Source: Candidatus Eiseniibacteriota bacterium
GTDB lineage: Bacteria > Eisenbacteria > RBG-16-71-46 > CAVPCR01
Reading direction: 5' to 3'
Assembly: GCA_963823555.1 (NCBI GenBank)
Contig: CAWGMA010000001.1
Coordinates: 1,248,001-1,312,000 of the forward strand
DNA: 64,000 nucleotides
Shown here piece after piece: positions 20,346-30,550 of the stretch. Below the pieces are notes generated by a model. It searched no databases, had not been told where the DNA came from, and saw nothing but the letters and a program-made list of their open reading frames with translations. A program made the position numbers and the translations under genes. Within the stretch, counting starts at the first letter, position 1, and each line of letters starts with the position of its first letter.

Positions 20346-21683
20346 ATGCGCGAGGCCTGGGTCATCGGGGGCGGTCTCGCCGGCGCCGAGGCGGCCTTCC
20401 AGGCGGCCGAGCGTGGCGTCCCGGTCCGTCTCTTCGAGATGCGCCCCCACCGCATGACGCCGGCGCATCAGACTGACGGCCTCGCCGAGCTCGTGTGCTC
20501 GAACTCGTTCAAGTCGGAGGCGATCACGGCCGCGCACGGTCTCCTCAAGCGCGAGCTCCGTGACCTGGGCGGCCTCCTGGTTCGCATCGCGGACCAGGTC
20601 CGGGTGCCTGCCGGGCGCGCCCTGGCGGTGGATCGCCAGGCCTTCTCCGCGCAGGTCGAAGCCGTCCTTTCCGCCCATCCCCGCATCACGATCGTGCGTG
20701 CGGAGCAAACCGCGCTGCCGGATGATCGTCCGGCGGTGATTGCCACGGGCCCCTTGACCTCTGATGCCCTCGCTCAGAACCTCGCCGCCCGGGTGGGCGC
20801 CGGCTCGCTCTTCTTCTTCGACGCCATCGCGCCCATCGTCGATGCCGACTCCATCGATCGCGAGAAGGTCTTTGCCGGTTCGCGCTATGGGCACGGCGAG
20901 GACTACCTGAACTGCCCGCTCGATGAGGGCGAGTACCAGCGATTGCGAGCGGAGATCCTGGCGGCCGAGCCGGCGGAGGTGAAGGATTTCGACCGCAAGC
21001 GGTTGTTCGAGGCGTGCCTGCCAGTCGAGGAGCTGGCCGCGCGCGGCGAGCTGACGCTGGCATTCGGTCCCATGAAGCCCGTGGGGCTCAGGGACCCGCG
21101 CACCGGACGCCGTCCCTTCGCCTTGGTGCAGCTGCGGGCCGAGAACCGCGAGCGCACCATGTACGGCCTCGTCGGCTTCCAGACGCGGCTCAAGTACGGG
21201 GAGCAGGAGCGGGTGCTGCGCATGATTCCGGGGCTGGAAGGCGCCGAGTTCCTGCGGCTGGGTTCGATGCATCGCAACTCCTTCCTCGAAGCACCGGAGG
21301 TCCTGGACGCCGATCTCCGGCTGCGTGCCGCCGATCATCTTCTGGTGGCGGGACAGCTGACCGGGGCCGAGGGTTACTGCGAGGCGATGGCCACGGGCTT
21401 CGTCGCCGGTATCAACCTGGCGCGGCTGGTGGAGGGGCGCGAGCGACTGGTCTTTCCCCCGGAGACGGCCATCGGGGCGCTCACCCGCTACCTGGCCACG
21501 GCTCCAGTGCGGCCCTTCCAGCCCATGAACTTCAACTTCGGTCTCCTGCCGGCGCTGGCGCGCCAGAGGAGCCGCATCGCCAAGAAGGAAGCGTTCGCCG
21601 AACGCGCCCTGGCGGCGCTCCGCACTCTCTCCGATGCGACACCGGACCTCATGTCGCGCTCGCCCGCCATCCGCGGCCTGTAG
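20346..21683 (+). CDS. trmFO: folate/FAD-dependent tRNA m5U54 methyltransferase
   Basis: VIGGGLAGAEAA, AELVCSNSF, ALAVDR, FFDAIAPIV, FEACLPVE, FGPMKPVGL, HRNSF, FQPMNFNFG. Confidence 0.96.
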   Translation: MREAWVIGGGLAGAEAAFQAAERGVPVRLFEMRPHRMTPAHQTDGLAELVCSNSFKSEAITAAHGLLKRELRDLGGLLVRIADQVRVPAGRALAVDRQAFSAQVEAVLSAHPRITIVRAEQTALPDDRPAVIATGPLTSDALAQNLAARVGAGSLFFFDAIAPIVDADSIDREKVFAGSRYGHGEDYLNCPLDEGEYQRLRAEILAAEPAEVKDFDRKRLFEACLPVEELAARGELTLAFGPMKPVGLRDPRTGRRPFALVQLRAENRERTMYGLVGFQTRLKYGEQERVLRMIPGLEGAEFLRLGSMHRNSFLEAPEVLDADLRLRAADHLLVAGQLTGAEGYCEAMATGFVAGINLARLVEGRERLVFPPETAIGALTRYLATAPVRPFQPMNFNFGLLPALARQRSRIAKKEAFAERALAALRTLSDATPDLMSRSPAIRGL

Positions 21684-21707
21684 GAACGCGTGTCGAGGCG
21701 GCGCTTC

Positions 21708-21736
21708 TTGACGCAGTTCGGGGCGGCAGCTATCTT
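21708..21736 (+). promoter_or_regulatory. putative sigma70 promoter for the DUF3300-DUF2950 cassette
   Basis: TTGACG-17 bp-TATCTT. Confidence 0.6.
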
Positions 21737-21779
21737 TCGCGGGGTCCATTCTCCCCGCCAACCCAACAAAGGAGCCTTG

Positions 21780-23021
21780 ATGTCGAGATTCCCGCGGTCG
21801 CGAGCGAGCGGCCTGCCGGTTCCGTGTCTGCTCTCGGTGCTCGTCCTCCTCTTGGCGCCCGCGGTCCGCGCCGGTGACGAGCCCCCCAGCTTCTCGGCCG
21901 AGAAGCTCGATGAACTGGTAGCGCCAGTCGCCCTCTATCCTGATCCGATCCTCTCCCAGGTGATGACCGCGTCCACGTTTCCCGATCAGGTCCAGGCGGC
22001 CAACGAGTGGTCCACCCAGCACAAGGATCTGCAGGGCGACGCCCTCGCGCAGGCGATGGCCGATGCCAACCTGGACTGGGATCCGAGCGTCCAGGCGCTC
22101 CTTCCGTTCCCGTCCGTGCTCGAGAACATGGCCCGCGACCCGAGCTGGCTCCGGGATTTCGGGAACGCCGTCCTCGCCCAGCGCGGGGACACGATGGATG
22201 CGGTGCAGCGCATGCGCAAGAAGGCGCAGGACGCCGGCAACCTGCAGAGCTCCGAGTACATGACGGTCGAGAGCACGAGCCCCACCGTGATCGAGATCCA
22301 GCCGGCCGACCCGCAGGTCATCTACGTGCCGACCTACGATCCGGCGGTCGTTTACGCCCCGCCACCCCCGTCCTCGAGCGGCAATGTAGCCGCGGCGGCT
22401 CTCTTCGGCTTCGCCGCGGGAGTCATGGTGGCCGAGGTGTTCGATGATGACTGGTATGGTGGCTGCGGCTTCTACTGGGGCTCGCACACGGTCGTCGTCC
22501 ACAACTCGGCGTGGGGCTGTACCTGGGGGAACCGCTACACCTATCACCCGCCGTATCCTCCGCCGCGCAATATCCACGTTGATCGCAACGTGAACATCAA
22601 CACCGGTGACATCAACATCGGGAACGACGTGAACATCAAGGGCGGCAACAAGAACGTGAACATCAAGGGTGGTGATAAGACGACGAACATCGGCAGCGGC
22701 AACAACAAGAAAGCCGTCGCCGACAAGAAGGCCGGCGTGACCGACCAGAGGGTGGGCGCCGACAAGGGCAAGGCGGGAGCCGCGGCGGCAGCCAGGCCGC
22801 AGCCGAGCAAGCCGAGCGCAGCCACGGCGCAGCGCGGCTACAAGCAGAACCCGCAGGCCAACTCCAAGAGCGCGATGAGCGGAATCCAGAACGGAAGGAC
22901 CGAGTCGTCGGCCGCCAAGCGTGGCAAGGCCAGCACGGGTGGTAAGGTGCCCGCCGCTAGCAAGGCAAGCGCCGGCAAGGCGAAAGCCGGGAGCAGGGCC
23001 GGCGCGCGAGGAGGCAGGTAA
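21780..23021 (+). CDS. DUF3300 domain-containing secreted protein with low-complexity basic tail
   Basis: LDELVAPVALYPDPILSQVMTASTFP, WDPSVQAL, IEIQPADPQVIYVPTYDPAVVY; ATG after AAAGGAG. Confidence 0.88.
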   Translation: MSRFPRSRASGLPVPCLLSVLVLLLAPAVRAGDEPPSFSAEKLDELVAPVALYPDPILSQVMTASTFPDQVQAANEWSTQHKDLQGDALAQAMADANLDWDPSVQALLPFPSVLENMARDPSWLRDFGNAVLAQRGDTMDAVQRMRKKAQDAGNLQSSEYMTVESTSPTVIEIQPADPQVIYVPTYDPAVVYAPPPPSSSGNVAAAALFGFAAGVMVAEVFDDDWYGGCGFYWGSHTVVVHNSAWGCTWGNRYTYHPPYPPPRNIHVDRNVNINTGDINIGNDVNIKGGNKNVNIKGGDKTTNIGSGNNKKAVADKKAGVTDQRVGADKGKAGAAAAARPQPSKPSAATAQRGYKQNPQANSKSAMSGIQNGRTESSAAKRGKASTGGKVPAASKASAGKAKAGSRAGARGGR

Positions 23022-23962
23022 TGAGACGATGGATCGCATCGGGAAGATGGCCGCTGATCGCATGCCTCGTCATGGCCGTGCTCGTCCTCGGTTGCGGCGG
23101 GCAGAAGGCGGGCAAGGAGCGTACCTTCGCCACACCCGACGATGCCGTGCGGGCCCTGGTGGCGGCCGTGGAGTCCAAGTCCAGTGCGGAGATCAAGGCG
23201 ATCGTCGGGCCGCACTTGGTCGATTTGATCATCGGTGACGAGGACGCGAACGCCGATGTCCTGCGCTCCGAGTTCGTGCGTGTGGCGCGGCGCGGGATCA
23301 AGGTCCAGCCCGATCCCGACAACCCGGCGCAGCAGATCGCCTATCTTGGACGGCGGGAGTGGCCGTTCCCGGCTCCTCTCGTGCGCGAGGGTAACGCCTG
23401 GCGTTTCGATGGCCAGGCTGGCGCCGACGAGGTCGTGTTCCGGCGCGTTGGCCGGAACGAGCTCGCGGTCATCGCCCTGTGCATGGGCTATGAGGACGCT
23501 CAGGCCGAGTACGCAGCGGCGGATCACGACGGGGACGGGATCCTCCAGTACGCGATCCGCATCAACTCGACGCCGGGCCTGACCGATGGCCTCTACTGGA
23601 GCACGGCGAGCGGCCAGGATATGAGCCCGGTCGGGCCGTTCGTTGCCGCCGCTGCCGTCGGCGAAGAAGTGGCGGGGGGTGAGCCGGAGCCGGTGAGCGG
23701 CTATTGGGTGCGTCTCCTGCCGGCGACGCGTCCCGGCCCCGGGGTGCCGGGCCCGAAGGCCGAACCGGGGGCTCTCGTTCCGGCCGTGCTGTGGCCTGCC
23801 GAGTACGGCTTCACGGGGGTGAGCACCTTCGCCGTGGATGCGATGGGCAAGATCTACGAGAAGGACCTTGGCGAGAAGACCGCGGAGATCGTCGAAACGA
23901 TGACGGGATTCACCCCGGACGCCACCTGGGAGCCGGTCGCCAGGGAGTGGGAAGAGGGTTGA
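23021..23962 (+). CDS. DUF2950 family lipoprotein
   Basis: Lipobox VLGC, FATPDDAVRALV, WPFPAPLV, RRVGRNEL, DGLYW, WPAEYG.TGV.TF, IYEKDLG; coupled to DUF3300. Confidence 0.88.
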   Translation: MRRWIASGRWPLIACLVMAVLVLGCGGQKAGKERTFATPDDAVRALVAAVESKSSAEIKAIVGPHLVDLIIGDEDANADVLRSEFVRVARRGIKVQPDPDNPAQQIAYLGRREWPFPAPLVREGNAWRFDGQAGADEVVFRRVGRNELAVIALCMGYEDAQAEYAAADHDGDGILQYAIRINSTPGLTDGLYWSTASGQDMSPVGPFVAAAAVGEEVAGGEPEPVSGYWVRLLPATRPGPGVPGPKAEPGALVPAVLWPAEYGFTGVSTFAVDAMGKIYEKDLGEKTAEIVETMTGFTPDATWEPVAREWEEG

Positions 23963-23978
23963 TGCTCCGGGGAACGGG

Positions 23979-24422
23979 ATGACGCGACGCGGTGCTGCTT
24001 TCGTGGCGGCTGCCTGGCTTGTGATGTCCGTCGGCTGCGCCAAGACGCAAACATCGAGCACGACGCCGGTGCCGGTGGTGACGCCACCCTCGCCGCCTGT
24101 GGTCGAGCCCGCTCCGCTCCCGCCACCCGCCCCGCCCGCGGAGAGCGGGCCCACGCTCGCGATCGTTCGCACGTATGAGGAGACGCTCGCCGGCGGCAAA
24201 CGGAGCGTGAAGCTCGTCCTTAGTGGGGAGGAAGATGACGCCCGCGTAGCGCGACTGCTCACAGACTACGTGCATGACAACAGGCGTGAGGGTGAGGAGC
24301 TCTGGGTCGCCGTCTTCTTCGAGGGGATGGATCTGCAATCGATCGAGTACGCCTTCGCCGTGGCCAAGCCGGGCCGGAGGCCCTACATCACGGTGCGCGA
24401 GTCGCTGCAGACCTATCGCTGA
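23979..24422 (+). CDS. hypothetical lipoprotein with Pro-rich linker
   Basis: Lipobox SVGC, Pro-rich stretch, compact C-terminal domain; co-oriented and tightly spaced. Confidence 0.65.
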   Translation: MTRRGAAFVAAAWLVMSVGCAKTQTSSTTPVPVVTPPSPPVVEPAPLPPPAPPAESGPTLAIVRTYEETLAGGKRSVKLVLSGEEDDARVARLLTDYVHDNRREGEELWVAVFFEGMDLQSIEYAFAVAKPGRRPYITVRESLQTYR

Positions 24423-24450
24423 TCACGCCGGGCGAGTGCGGAGACGCCGG

Positions 24451-24660
24451 ATGAACGGGGAGCTCTCGAGAAGCGGCTGGCAGCGAGCCCGCGACGGCCG
24501 GATCCTCGCCGGCGTGTGCGCTGGCTTTGCCGCGGCGAAGGGTGTGTCGCCCTGGCTCGTGCGCGGGGTCGCGCTGTTCGCCGTGGTGGTGACCCTGGGC
24601 CTGGCGGTCGTCGTCTACGGGATCCTCGCCGTCATCCTGCCCGAGGAGGGGGCCGAGTGA
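24451..24660 (+). CDS. PspC domain-containing membrane protein
   Basis: [16 protein letters not shown]...WLVR...hydrophobic...YGILAVILP. Confidence 0.8.
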   Translation: MNGELSRSGWQRARDGRILAGVCAGFAAAKGVSPWLVRGVALFAVVVTLGLAVVVYGILAVILPEEGAE

Positions 24661-25601
24661 GGCGCCAGGGAAGTCCGCGCCACGGCCCCGAGGATGCGGC
24701 TCCAGCCGATCTCGCTGCCGCGATCGGGGCCTATCTCCAGCACCTCGCACACGAGCGGCGGTTGTCGCCGCATTCGGTGGCCGCGTACCGGCGTGATCTC
24801 GCCGCCTTTGCGAATTCGGTCGCCGGCGGCGAGGATCGTTCACCCGAGCTCTCCCACTTCGATCGGGAAGCCGCGACCGCCTTCCTCCGCGCCACGACCG
24901 GGATGGGCCTCGCCGCTCGCACCGTGGCGCGCCGGCTGGCCGCGGTGCGCGGCCTGGCCCGTTTCCTCCGGCGCCATGGTTGGCTTCCGGACGATCCCAC
25001 CACGGCCATCCGCTCACCGCGCTTGCCGAAGGCGTTGCCCAGAGTTCTGCCCGCCGGTGAGCTCGCTCGCGCGCTCGATGCCATCCCGCTCCAGGCGGGA
25101 TCGGAGGTTCGGGACCGGGCCATCATCGAGCTCCTCTACTCGACCGGGATCCGGCTCTCCGAGCTGGTGTCACTCGACGACGAGGACGTCGATCTCGATC
25201 GGGGTCTCGTTCGCGTCATGGGGAAGGGGGGCAAGGAGCGGCTCGCGGTCCTGGGTCGGACGGCGATCGCTGCGCTCAGGGCCTACCAGGACACGCGGCC
25301 GGCGGGGGAGGGCTCGTTCTTCCGTGGGCGGAGCGGTCGCCGGCTCGCGCGGCGCACGATCCAGCGCCTGGTCCGGGCGCGGCTCCTGGGCCTCGCTCAT
25401 GGACTCGAGGTGAGCCCGCACGTTCTCCGGCACAGCTTCGCCACGCATCTTCTCGATCGCGGGGCGCCGATCCGCGAGGTGCAGGAGCTCCTCGGGCACG
25501 CCTCGATCTCGTCGACCCAGATCTACACTCACGTCACCGCGGCACGGTTGCGCGAGGTGTATGCGCTCGCCCACCCGCGGGCGCGCCGGCAACGGGGATA
25601 G
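24657..25601 (+). CDS. xerC: tyrosine recombinase XerC
   Basis: [74 protein letters not shown]; downstream of topA-trmFO. Confidence 0.88.
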   Translation: MRRQGSPRHGPEDAAPADLAAAIGAYLQHLAHERRLSPHSVAAYRRDLAAFANSVAGGEDRSPELSHFDREAATAFLRATTGMGLAARTVARRLAAVRGLARFLRRHGWLPDDPTTAIRSPRLPKALPRVLPAGELARALDAIPLQAGSEVRDRAIIELLYSTGIRLSELVSLDDEDVDLDRGLVRVMGKGGKERLAVLGRTAIAALRAYQDTRPAGEGSFFRGRSGRRLARRTIQRLVRARLLGLAHGLEVSPHVLRHSFATHLLDRGAPIREVQELLGHASISSTQIYTHVTAARLREVYALAHPRARRQRG

Positions 25602-25607
25602 CCCGCG

Positions 25608-26390
25608 ATGGCTAGTGAACAAGATCTCGAACGGCGTCTGGAGGAACTCCATCGGCTGGCGGTGCGCCACTGCCGCGCGGGGAGCCGGGACGAGGCGCTG
25701 GCCGCGGTCGAGGGATTGCTGGCCGCCGGCTTTCCCGACCTCAGAGGGCTCATGGAGGACAAGGACCTGGCGATCCTGCGCGAGGACGAGCGCTTCCGAT
25801 CCATGATCCGCAAGGTCTCGATCGAGCGCTACATCGCCATGCTGGAGCGAGAGGAGCGGGCCGCGTTCCAGAAGCCGGATCAAGTCATGGCCGCGCTCGC
25901 ATTCCGCGGCGGCGAGCGCGTGGCCGATATCGGGGCCGGGTCGAGCTACTTCACGATTCCGATCGCCCGGGCGGTGGGTCCCGCGGGGAAGGTCTGGGCC
26001 CTCGATATCCGGCAGGAGCTGCTCGACTACGCGCGGCGGAAGATCGAAGCGGCGGGCGTGACCAACGTCGTCCTGGATCTGGTCCCTGCCGATGACCCGC
26101 AGCTCCGGGCGGAGAGCGTCGACACGATCCTGATGGTGGATACGATCCACTACATCGCGGACCGCACGGCCTATGCTCGGAAGCTCCGCCGCGCGATCGC
26201 ACCCGGAGGCCGGGTGGTGATCATCGACTACATTCCCAGACCGTGGTCCGAGCGGCCCTTCGGGCCGGCACCCGAACAGCAGATACCGCGCGCCACGATC
26301 GATCGGGAACTGGCGGCCGCCGGGCTCGAGCCGCGGCGCGTGCACGACTTCCTGCCCGAGCAGTATTTCGTCGAATACGGGGCTTCCTGA
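25608..26390 (+). CDS. class I SAM-dependent methyltransferase with short N-terminal TPR-end-like segment
   Basis: ERAAFQKPDQVM, VADIGAGSSYFT, GKVWALDI, PEQYF. Confidence 0.8.
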   Translation: MASEQDLERRLEELHRLAVRHCRAGSRDEALAAVEGLLAAGFPDLRGLMEDKDLAILREDERFRSMIRKVSIERYIAMLEREERAAFQKPDQVMAALAFRGGERVADIGAGSSYFTIPIARAVGPAGKVWALDIRQELLDYARRKIEAAGVTNVVLDLVPADDPQLRAESVDTILMVDTIHYIADRTAYARKLRRAIAPGGRVVIIDYIPRPWSERPFGPAPEQQIPRATIDRELAAAGLEPRRVHDFLPEQYFVEYGAS

Positions 26391-26418
26391 CGACTCCGGG
26401 CCCGGCTCCGGCTCCCAC

Positions 26419-28037
26419 TCACTCGCCGCCGCCCGTGAAGCCCTTGATGACTTCAGCCACCTGCCAGACGGTGTCGATCACCGTGCCGTCGACCCACTTG
26501 ACGACGGCCACCGGCCGCTCGGTGACACGCGCCCGGCGCGGCTTGCCGCCGCAGAGCCGCTCGACCTCGGCCTGGATCTCCTCGATCGGCCGGATCGGCA
26601 GATCCGAGCCCTTGACGCGCGTCGAGCAGATCCCCGCGCCGCGGGTTGATGGCGATGCCGCGCTCGGTGACCACGACGTCGATCAGCTCCCCGGGCCCGG
26701 TGAGGGTCGTCACCTCGTCGACGATCACCGGGATCCGGTCGCGGAACGAGGGCACGGCGAGGATCGTGCAGCCGGCGAAGAGGCAGTTCTGCCAGCCGCC
26801 GATGCCGTGCAGCAGGCGGCCGTCGGAGTGGGTGACGACGTTGGCGTTGAAGTCGACGTCGACCTCGGTGGCGCCGAGAACAGCGACATCGACCATGCGA
26901 GGCGAAGTTGCCCTTGCCGTGGTAGTTGTAGGAGGTGAAGGGGGAGGTGGCGACGTGGCGCGGGTTCTCGGCGATCGAGCGCACGGCGTCGAGGTCGAAG
27001 GTCTGACCGTCGAGGATGTAGTCGGTCAGGCCCTCGCGCAGCATCTCGACCAGGTAGCGGGTCGAGCCGCCGCGCACGAAGCCGGCGCTTGCACCCCGCC
27101 CTCGCGCATCATCTCGGCCAGGAAGGCGACGAAGGCCAGCGCGATGCCGCCGGCGCCGGCCTGGAACGAGAAGCCGTCGCGCATGATCCCGGCGTCGCGG
27201 ATGAAGCGTGCCACGAGCTCGGCGATCAGCAGGCGATCGGGGCTCGTGTGATCTGCGTCGTGCCGGAGACGATCTTCGCCGGGTCGCCGATCGAGTCCAC
27301 CTCGACCACGCAGTCGACGTTGTTGCCCTGGATCTGCCACGGGATGCAGGGGAACGGGACCAGGTTGTCGGTGACGACGATGACGTGGTCGGCGTAGATC
27401 GAGTCGGCCAGCGCGAAGCCCAGCGAGCCGCAGGCGGACGGCCCGTGGGAACCGTTGGCGTTGCCGAACGGGTCGGCGGTGGGCGCGGCGATGACCGCGA
27501 TGTCGATCTGGACCTCGCCGTCCTGGATCGCCTGCCAGCGGCCGCCGTGGGAGCGCAGCACGCCCAGCCCGCGCATCTTCGCCTGCGAGCAGTAGTCGCC
27601 GAGCGGGCCGTTCATGCTGCCCTCGATGTGGTGCACGACACCCCGCTCCATCAGCTCGATCACCGGCTCGTGGCAGGGGAACGAGGCGCTGGGGAACCAC
27701 ATGAGGTCCTGCACGCCCATCTCGGCCGCGGTCTCGCAGCACCTCGAGCGCGACCCGGTCGCCGTTGCGCAGGTGGTGGTGGATCGAGATGACCATGCCG
27801 TCGCGCAGGCCGCACTTCTCGAGGGCGGTCGCGGAGGCTCGCGACCCGCTTGTCGCCGTTCGCCGGGTAGTCCGTGGCGCGAGCGATCGGCGGCGCGGCC
27901 TTGCTGGCCGGTAGCGGGGTGCTTGCCGACCCCGGCAAACGGAGCTTGCGGCTTCCCGTTGACGACCGTGGGAACCAGACGGCCGGCGCGTTCCGTGCGA
28001 GGTCCGTCTGGGCGGGAGTCGGAGCTGTCCTCGTCAT
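26419..28037 (-). CDS. citF: citrate lyase alpha subunit / citrate CoA-transferase-like (frameshifted in this sequence)
   Basis: Pieces across frames: DGMVISIHHHLRNGD, LRSHGGRWQAI, D.FGNANG..GPSACGSLG, IGDPAKIVSGTT, FSFQAGAGG, LGATEVDVDFNANV, IDVVVTERGIAINPRR, DGTVIDTVWQV. Confidence 0.88.
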
Positions 28038-29284
28038 CGCGCTTCCTCCGCAGCGGCCGCCGCCGGGATGAGGCCCATGGCCCGCGCCTCGGCCGCGAGC
28101 TTCCGGGCCCGCTGCGACCACCGGCGGATCGATCATCTTCGACCCGAGGCTCACCACGCCGAGACCGCGCCGCCTCGGCCTCCTCGAAGGCGGCGACGAT
28201 GCGCCAGCGCCTTCTCGATCTCCGCCGCGCGGCGGGGCGAAGGCCTCGTGGATGACCGGGATCTGGCGCGGGTGGACGCAGCCCATGCCCTCGAAGCCAA
28301 GCGCGCGCGAGCGCTCGCCCAGGCGCCGCAGGCCCGTCGAGGTCGTCGACGTCGCCGTAGACCGAGTCGATGGCCTGCACGCCGGCCGCCCGCGCCGCGT
28401 TGACCAGCCGCAGCCGCGCGCAGAGCGACTCTCGGCTCCCTCGCCGGTCTTCACGCACGCCGAGGTCGGCGGTGTAGTCCTCGAGGCCGATGGTCAGCGC
28501 GCACACGCGCGGGCGAGGCCGCGGCGATCTCGAAGGCGTTCTCGATGCCGAGGGCGGACTCGAGGATCGGCATGAGCCAGACCGGCCGGTCGCTGCCGTG
28601 CCGGGCCTGGATCGCGGCGATCGTCGCGATCGACCTCGCGGACCTGCTCGGCGCGTCTCGACCTTGGGGATCAGGATCAGGTCGGGGCTCTCGGGGACGA
28701 TCTGCGTCCAGATCCTCGAGCCCGAGCGGCAGCTGGTTGATCCGCACCATCCGCTCGGCGCCTCCGAAGTCGACGGCGCGCAGCGCGTTGCGCACCAGCG
28801 AGCCGGGCCGCGTCCTTCTCGTCGGGGTGCACCGAGTCCTCGAGGTCGAGGATGACGCCGTCGGCGCCGGTGGAGCCCGGCGTTGACCATGAACTTGGGC
28901 TCGTTGCCCGGGCAGGTAGAGCCGCGAGCGGCGGAGGCGATCCCGCGCCGACGCCGGTGGCGGCGCCACGAGGCGCTCGGGCCGGGCATCGCCGTCGTGC
29001 GACGCCGGCTCGCCGCGCCGCCGCCTCGACCCGCGCCGCGATCACGAACGGCAGCGCGCCGGGTCTCGATCTCGACCCGCGCGTGTCCGCACGCCAAGGC
29101 GTCCCAGGACGTCCTGGCACCTGCGCGCGGATCGCCTCGCCGTAGTAGGGCTCGACCTGCGACTCGAGGTCGAGCTCGAGCCCGCCGCCGTCCGCGCGGC
29201 TCGACCGCGACCCAGAGGTCGGAGCGGACCTCGTCCCCCCGGCGGCCCGCGGTGCCGCGCCCCGCCCGGCCCGTTCTCGTTCAT
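28034..29284 (-). CDS. citE: fusion of citrate lyase ACP-like (CitD) and citryl-CoA lyase-like (CitE) domains (frameshifted)
   Basis: N-part AGRRGDEVRSDLWV...LES.V.PYYGEAI...GALPFVIAARVEAA; C-part LRRSRLYLPGN.PKFMVNA, DGVILDLEDSV, MVRIN, LIPKVE, ILESALG, IGLEDYTAD, GCVHPRQI, KMIDPPV. Confidence 0.82.
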
Positions 29285-29306
29285 CGTATTCACGGCGTCG
29301 CTCCGC

Positions 29307-30507
29307 TCAGCCAGCTGGGCGAGGATCGCGTCGGTCATCTGCATCGTGGTCGCCGCGCCCCGCTCGATGACATCCGGGCCGCCCGGCGAGCCGCATCATG
29401 TCGTAGGTGCGCACCTTGCCCTCGCCGACGACCGCGGCCGACCGCGTCGCGCACCCGCCGGGCCTTCGCCGTCCTCGCCGACGTGGTCGAGCAGCATCGC
29501 CGCGGAGAGGATCATGGCGATCGGGTTGACGATCGGCGGATCGAGCTTCGTCGTACTTCGGCGCCGAGCCGTGGGTCGGCTCGAAGACCGCCACCTCGTC
29601 GCCGATGTTGCCGGAGCAGGCGAAGCCGAGGCCGCCGACCAGTCCGGCGAAGGCGTCGGAGACGATGTCGCCGAACAGGTTGCCGGCCACGATCACGCCG
29701 TAGTCCTCGGGGTTCTTGGTCAGCCACATCATCTGCGCGTCGATGTTGGTGGACCAGAGCTGCGATCTCCGGGGAAGTCCTTCTGCGACCTCCTTCGCCA
29801 CCTCCTCCATCATGCCCGAGGTCTCGCGCAGCACGTTCGGCTTCTCGCAGACCGTGACCGACTTGTAGCCGTGCTTGCTGGGCGTACTCGAACGCGGCGC
29901 GGACGATGCGCCGGCAGGCGCGCGCGGGTGAAGATCCGGGCGCTGATCGCCAGGTCCGCGCCCGGCGACCTGGGCGAAGGCCTTGAACTTCGGATGCGTC
30001 GCGAGGGCCTCGCGCACGGCCGGCGGCGGGTTGGTCCACTCGACGCCGGCGTACAGGCCCTCGGTGTTCTGGCGGAAGATCACGGCGTCGACCGGCGGCT
30101 CCTCGAAGCCGCCGTCGGCCGTGCGGCGGATGAAGTTCAGCGGGTTGCCCGGGAAGGAGCGGCAGGGCCGGATGCAGACGTCGAGGTTGAAGCGCTGGCG
30201 CATGCCGACGATGGGGCTGAAGTAGACGTAGACCCTTGTCCGCGGAGCTCGGGCTTGAGCTCGGCCGCCGCCTTGCTTCTTGGGCTTCGAGGTGATGGCA
30301 CCGAACAGGCCGAGCTTGTGCCCGGCCAGCAGCTCGACCGTGCGCTCGGGCAGCGCGTTGCCCTCGTTGATCCAGAACTCCCAGCCGATGTCGGCGTGGA
30401 CGTACTCGGCATCGAAGCCGACCGCGTCGAGCACGCGGATCGCCTCGGGCAGGACCACCTTGCCGATGCCGTCTCCGGGCATCGTCACGACGGTGTAGCT
30501 TGGCCAT
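29307..30507 (-). CDS. beta-decarboxylating dehydrogenase (homoisocitrate/isocitrate/isopropylmalate family; frameshifted, 3' end approximate)
   Basis: MPGDGIG, LFGAITS, YFSPIVGMRQ, FRQNTEGLY, NLFGDIVSD, GGLG, FEPTHGSAPKY, NPIAMILS. Confidence 0.88.
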
Positions 30508-30550
30508 GTCAGTTCTCCTGTGCTCTCGCGTCCGATTGCGATCGACGTCG

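Noticed and set aside
20247..23063. Long opposite-strand or alternate-frame ORFs (e.g. 938 aa here, 6436-8109, 217-999, 63261-63983)
   Set aside because: Shadow ORFs typical of high-GC coding DNA; they overlap well-supported genes and show no motifs.
29270..29345. In-frame fusion of the dehydrogenase to CitD-CitE
   Set aside because: The frame does run through, but indels flank the junction and a single-base fix restores a TGA near 29307; it cannot be resolved from this sequence.
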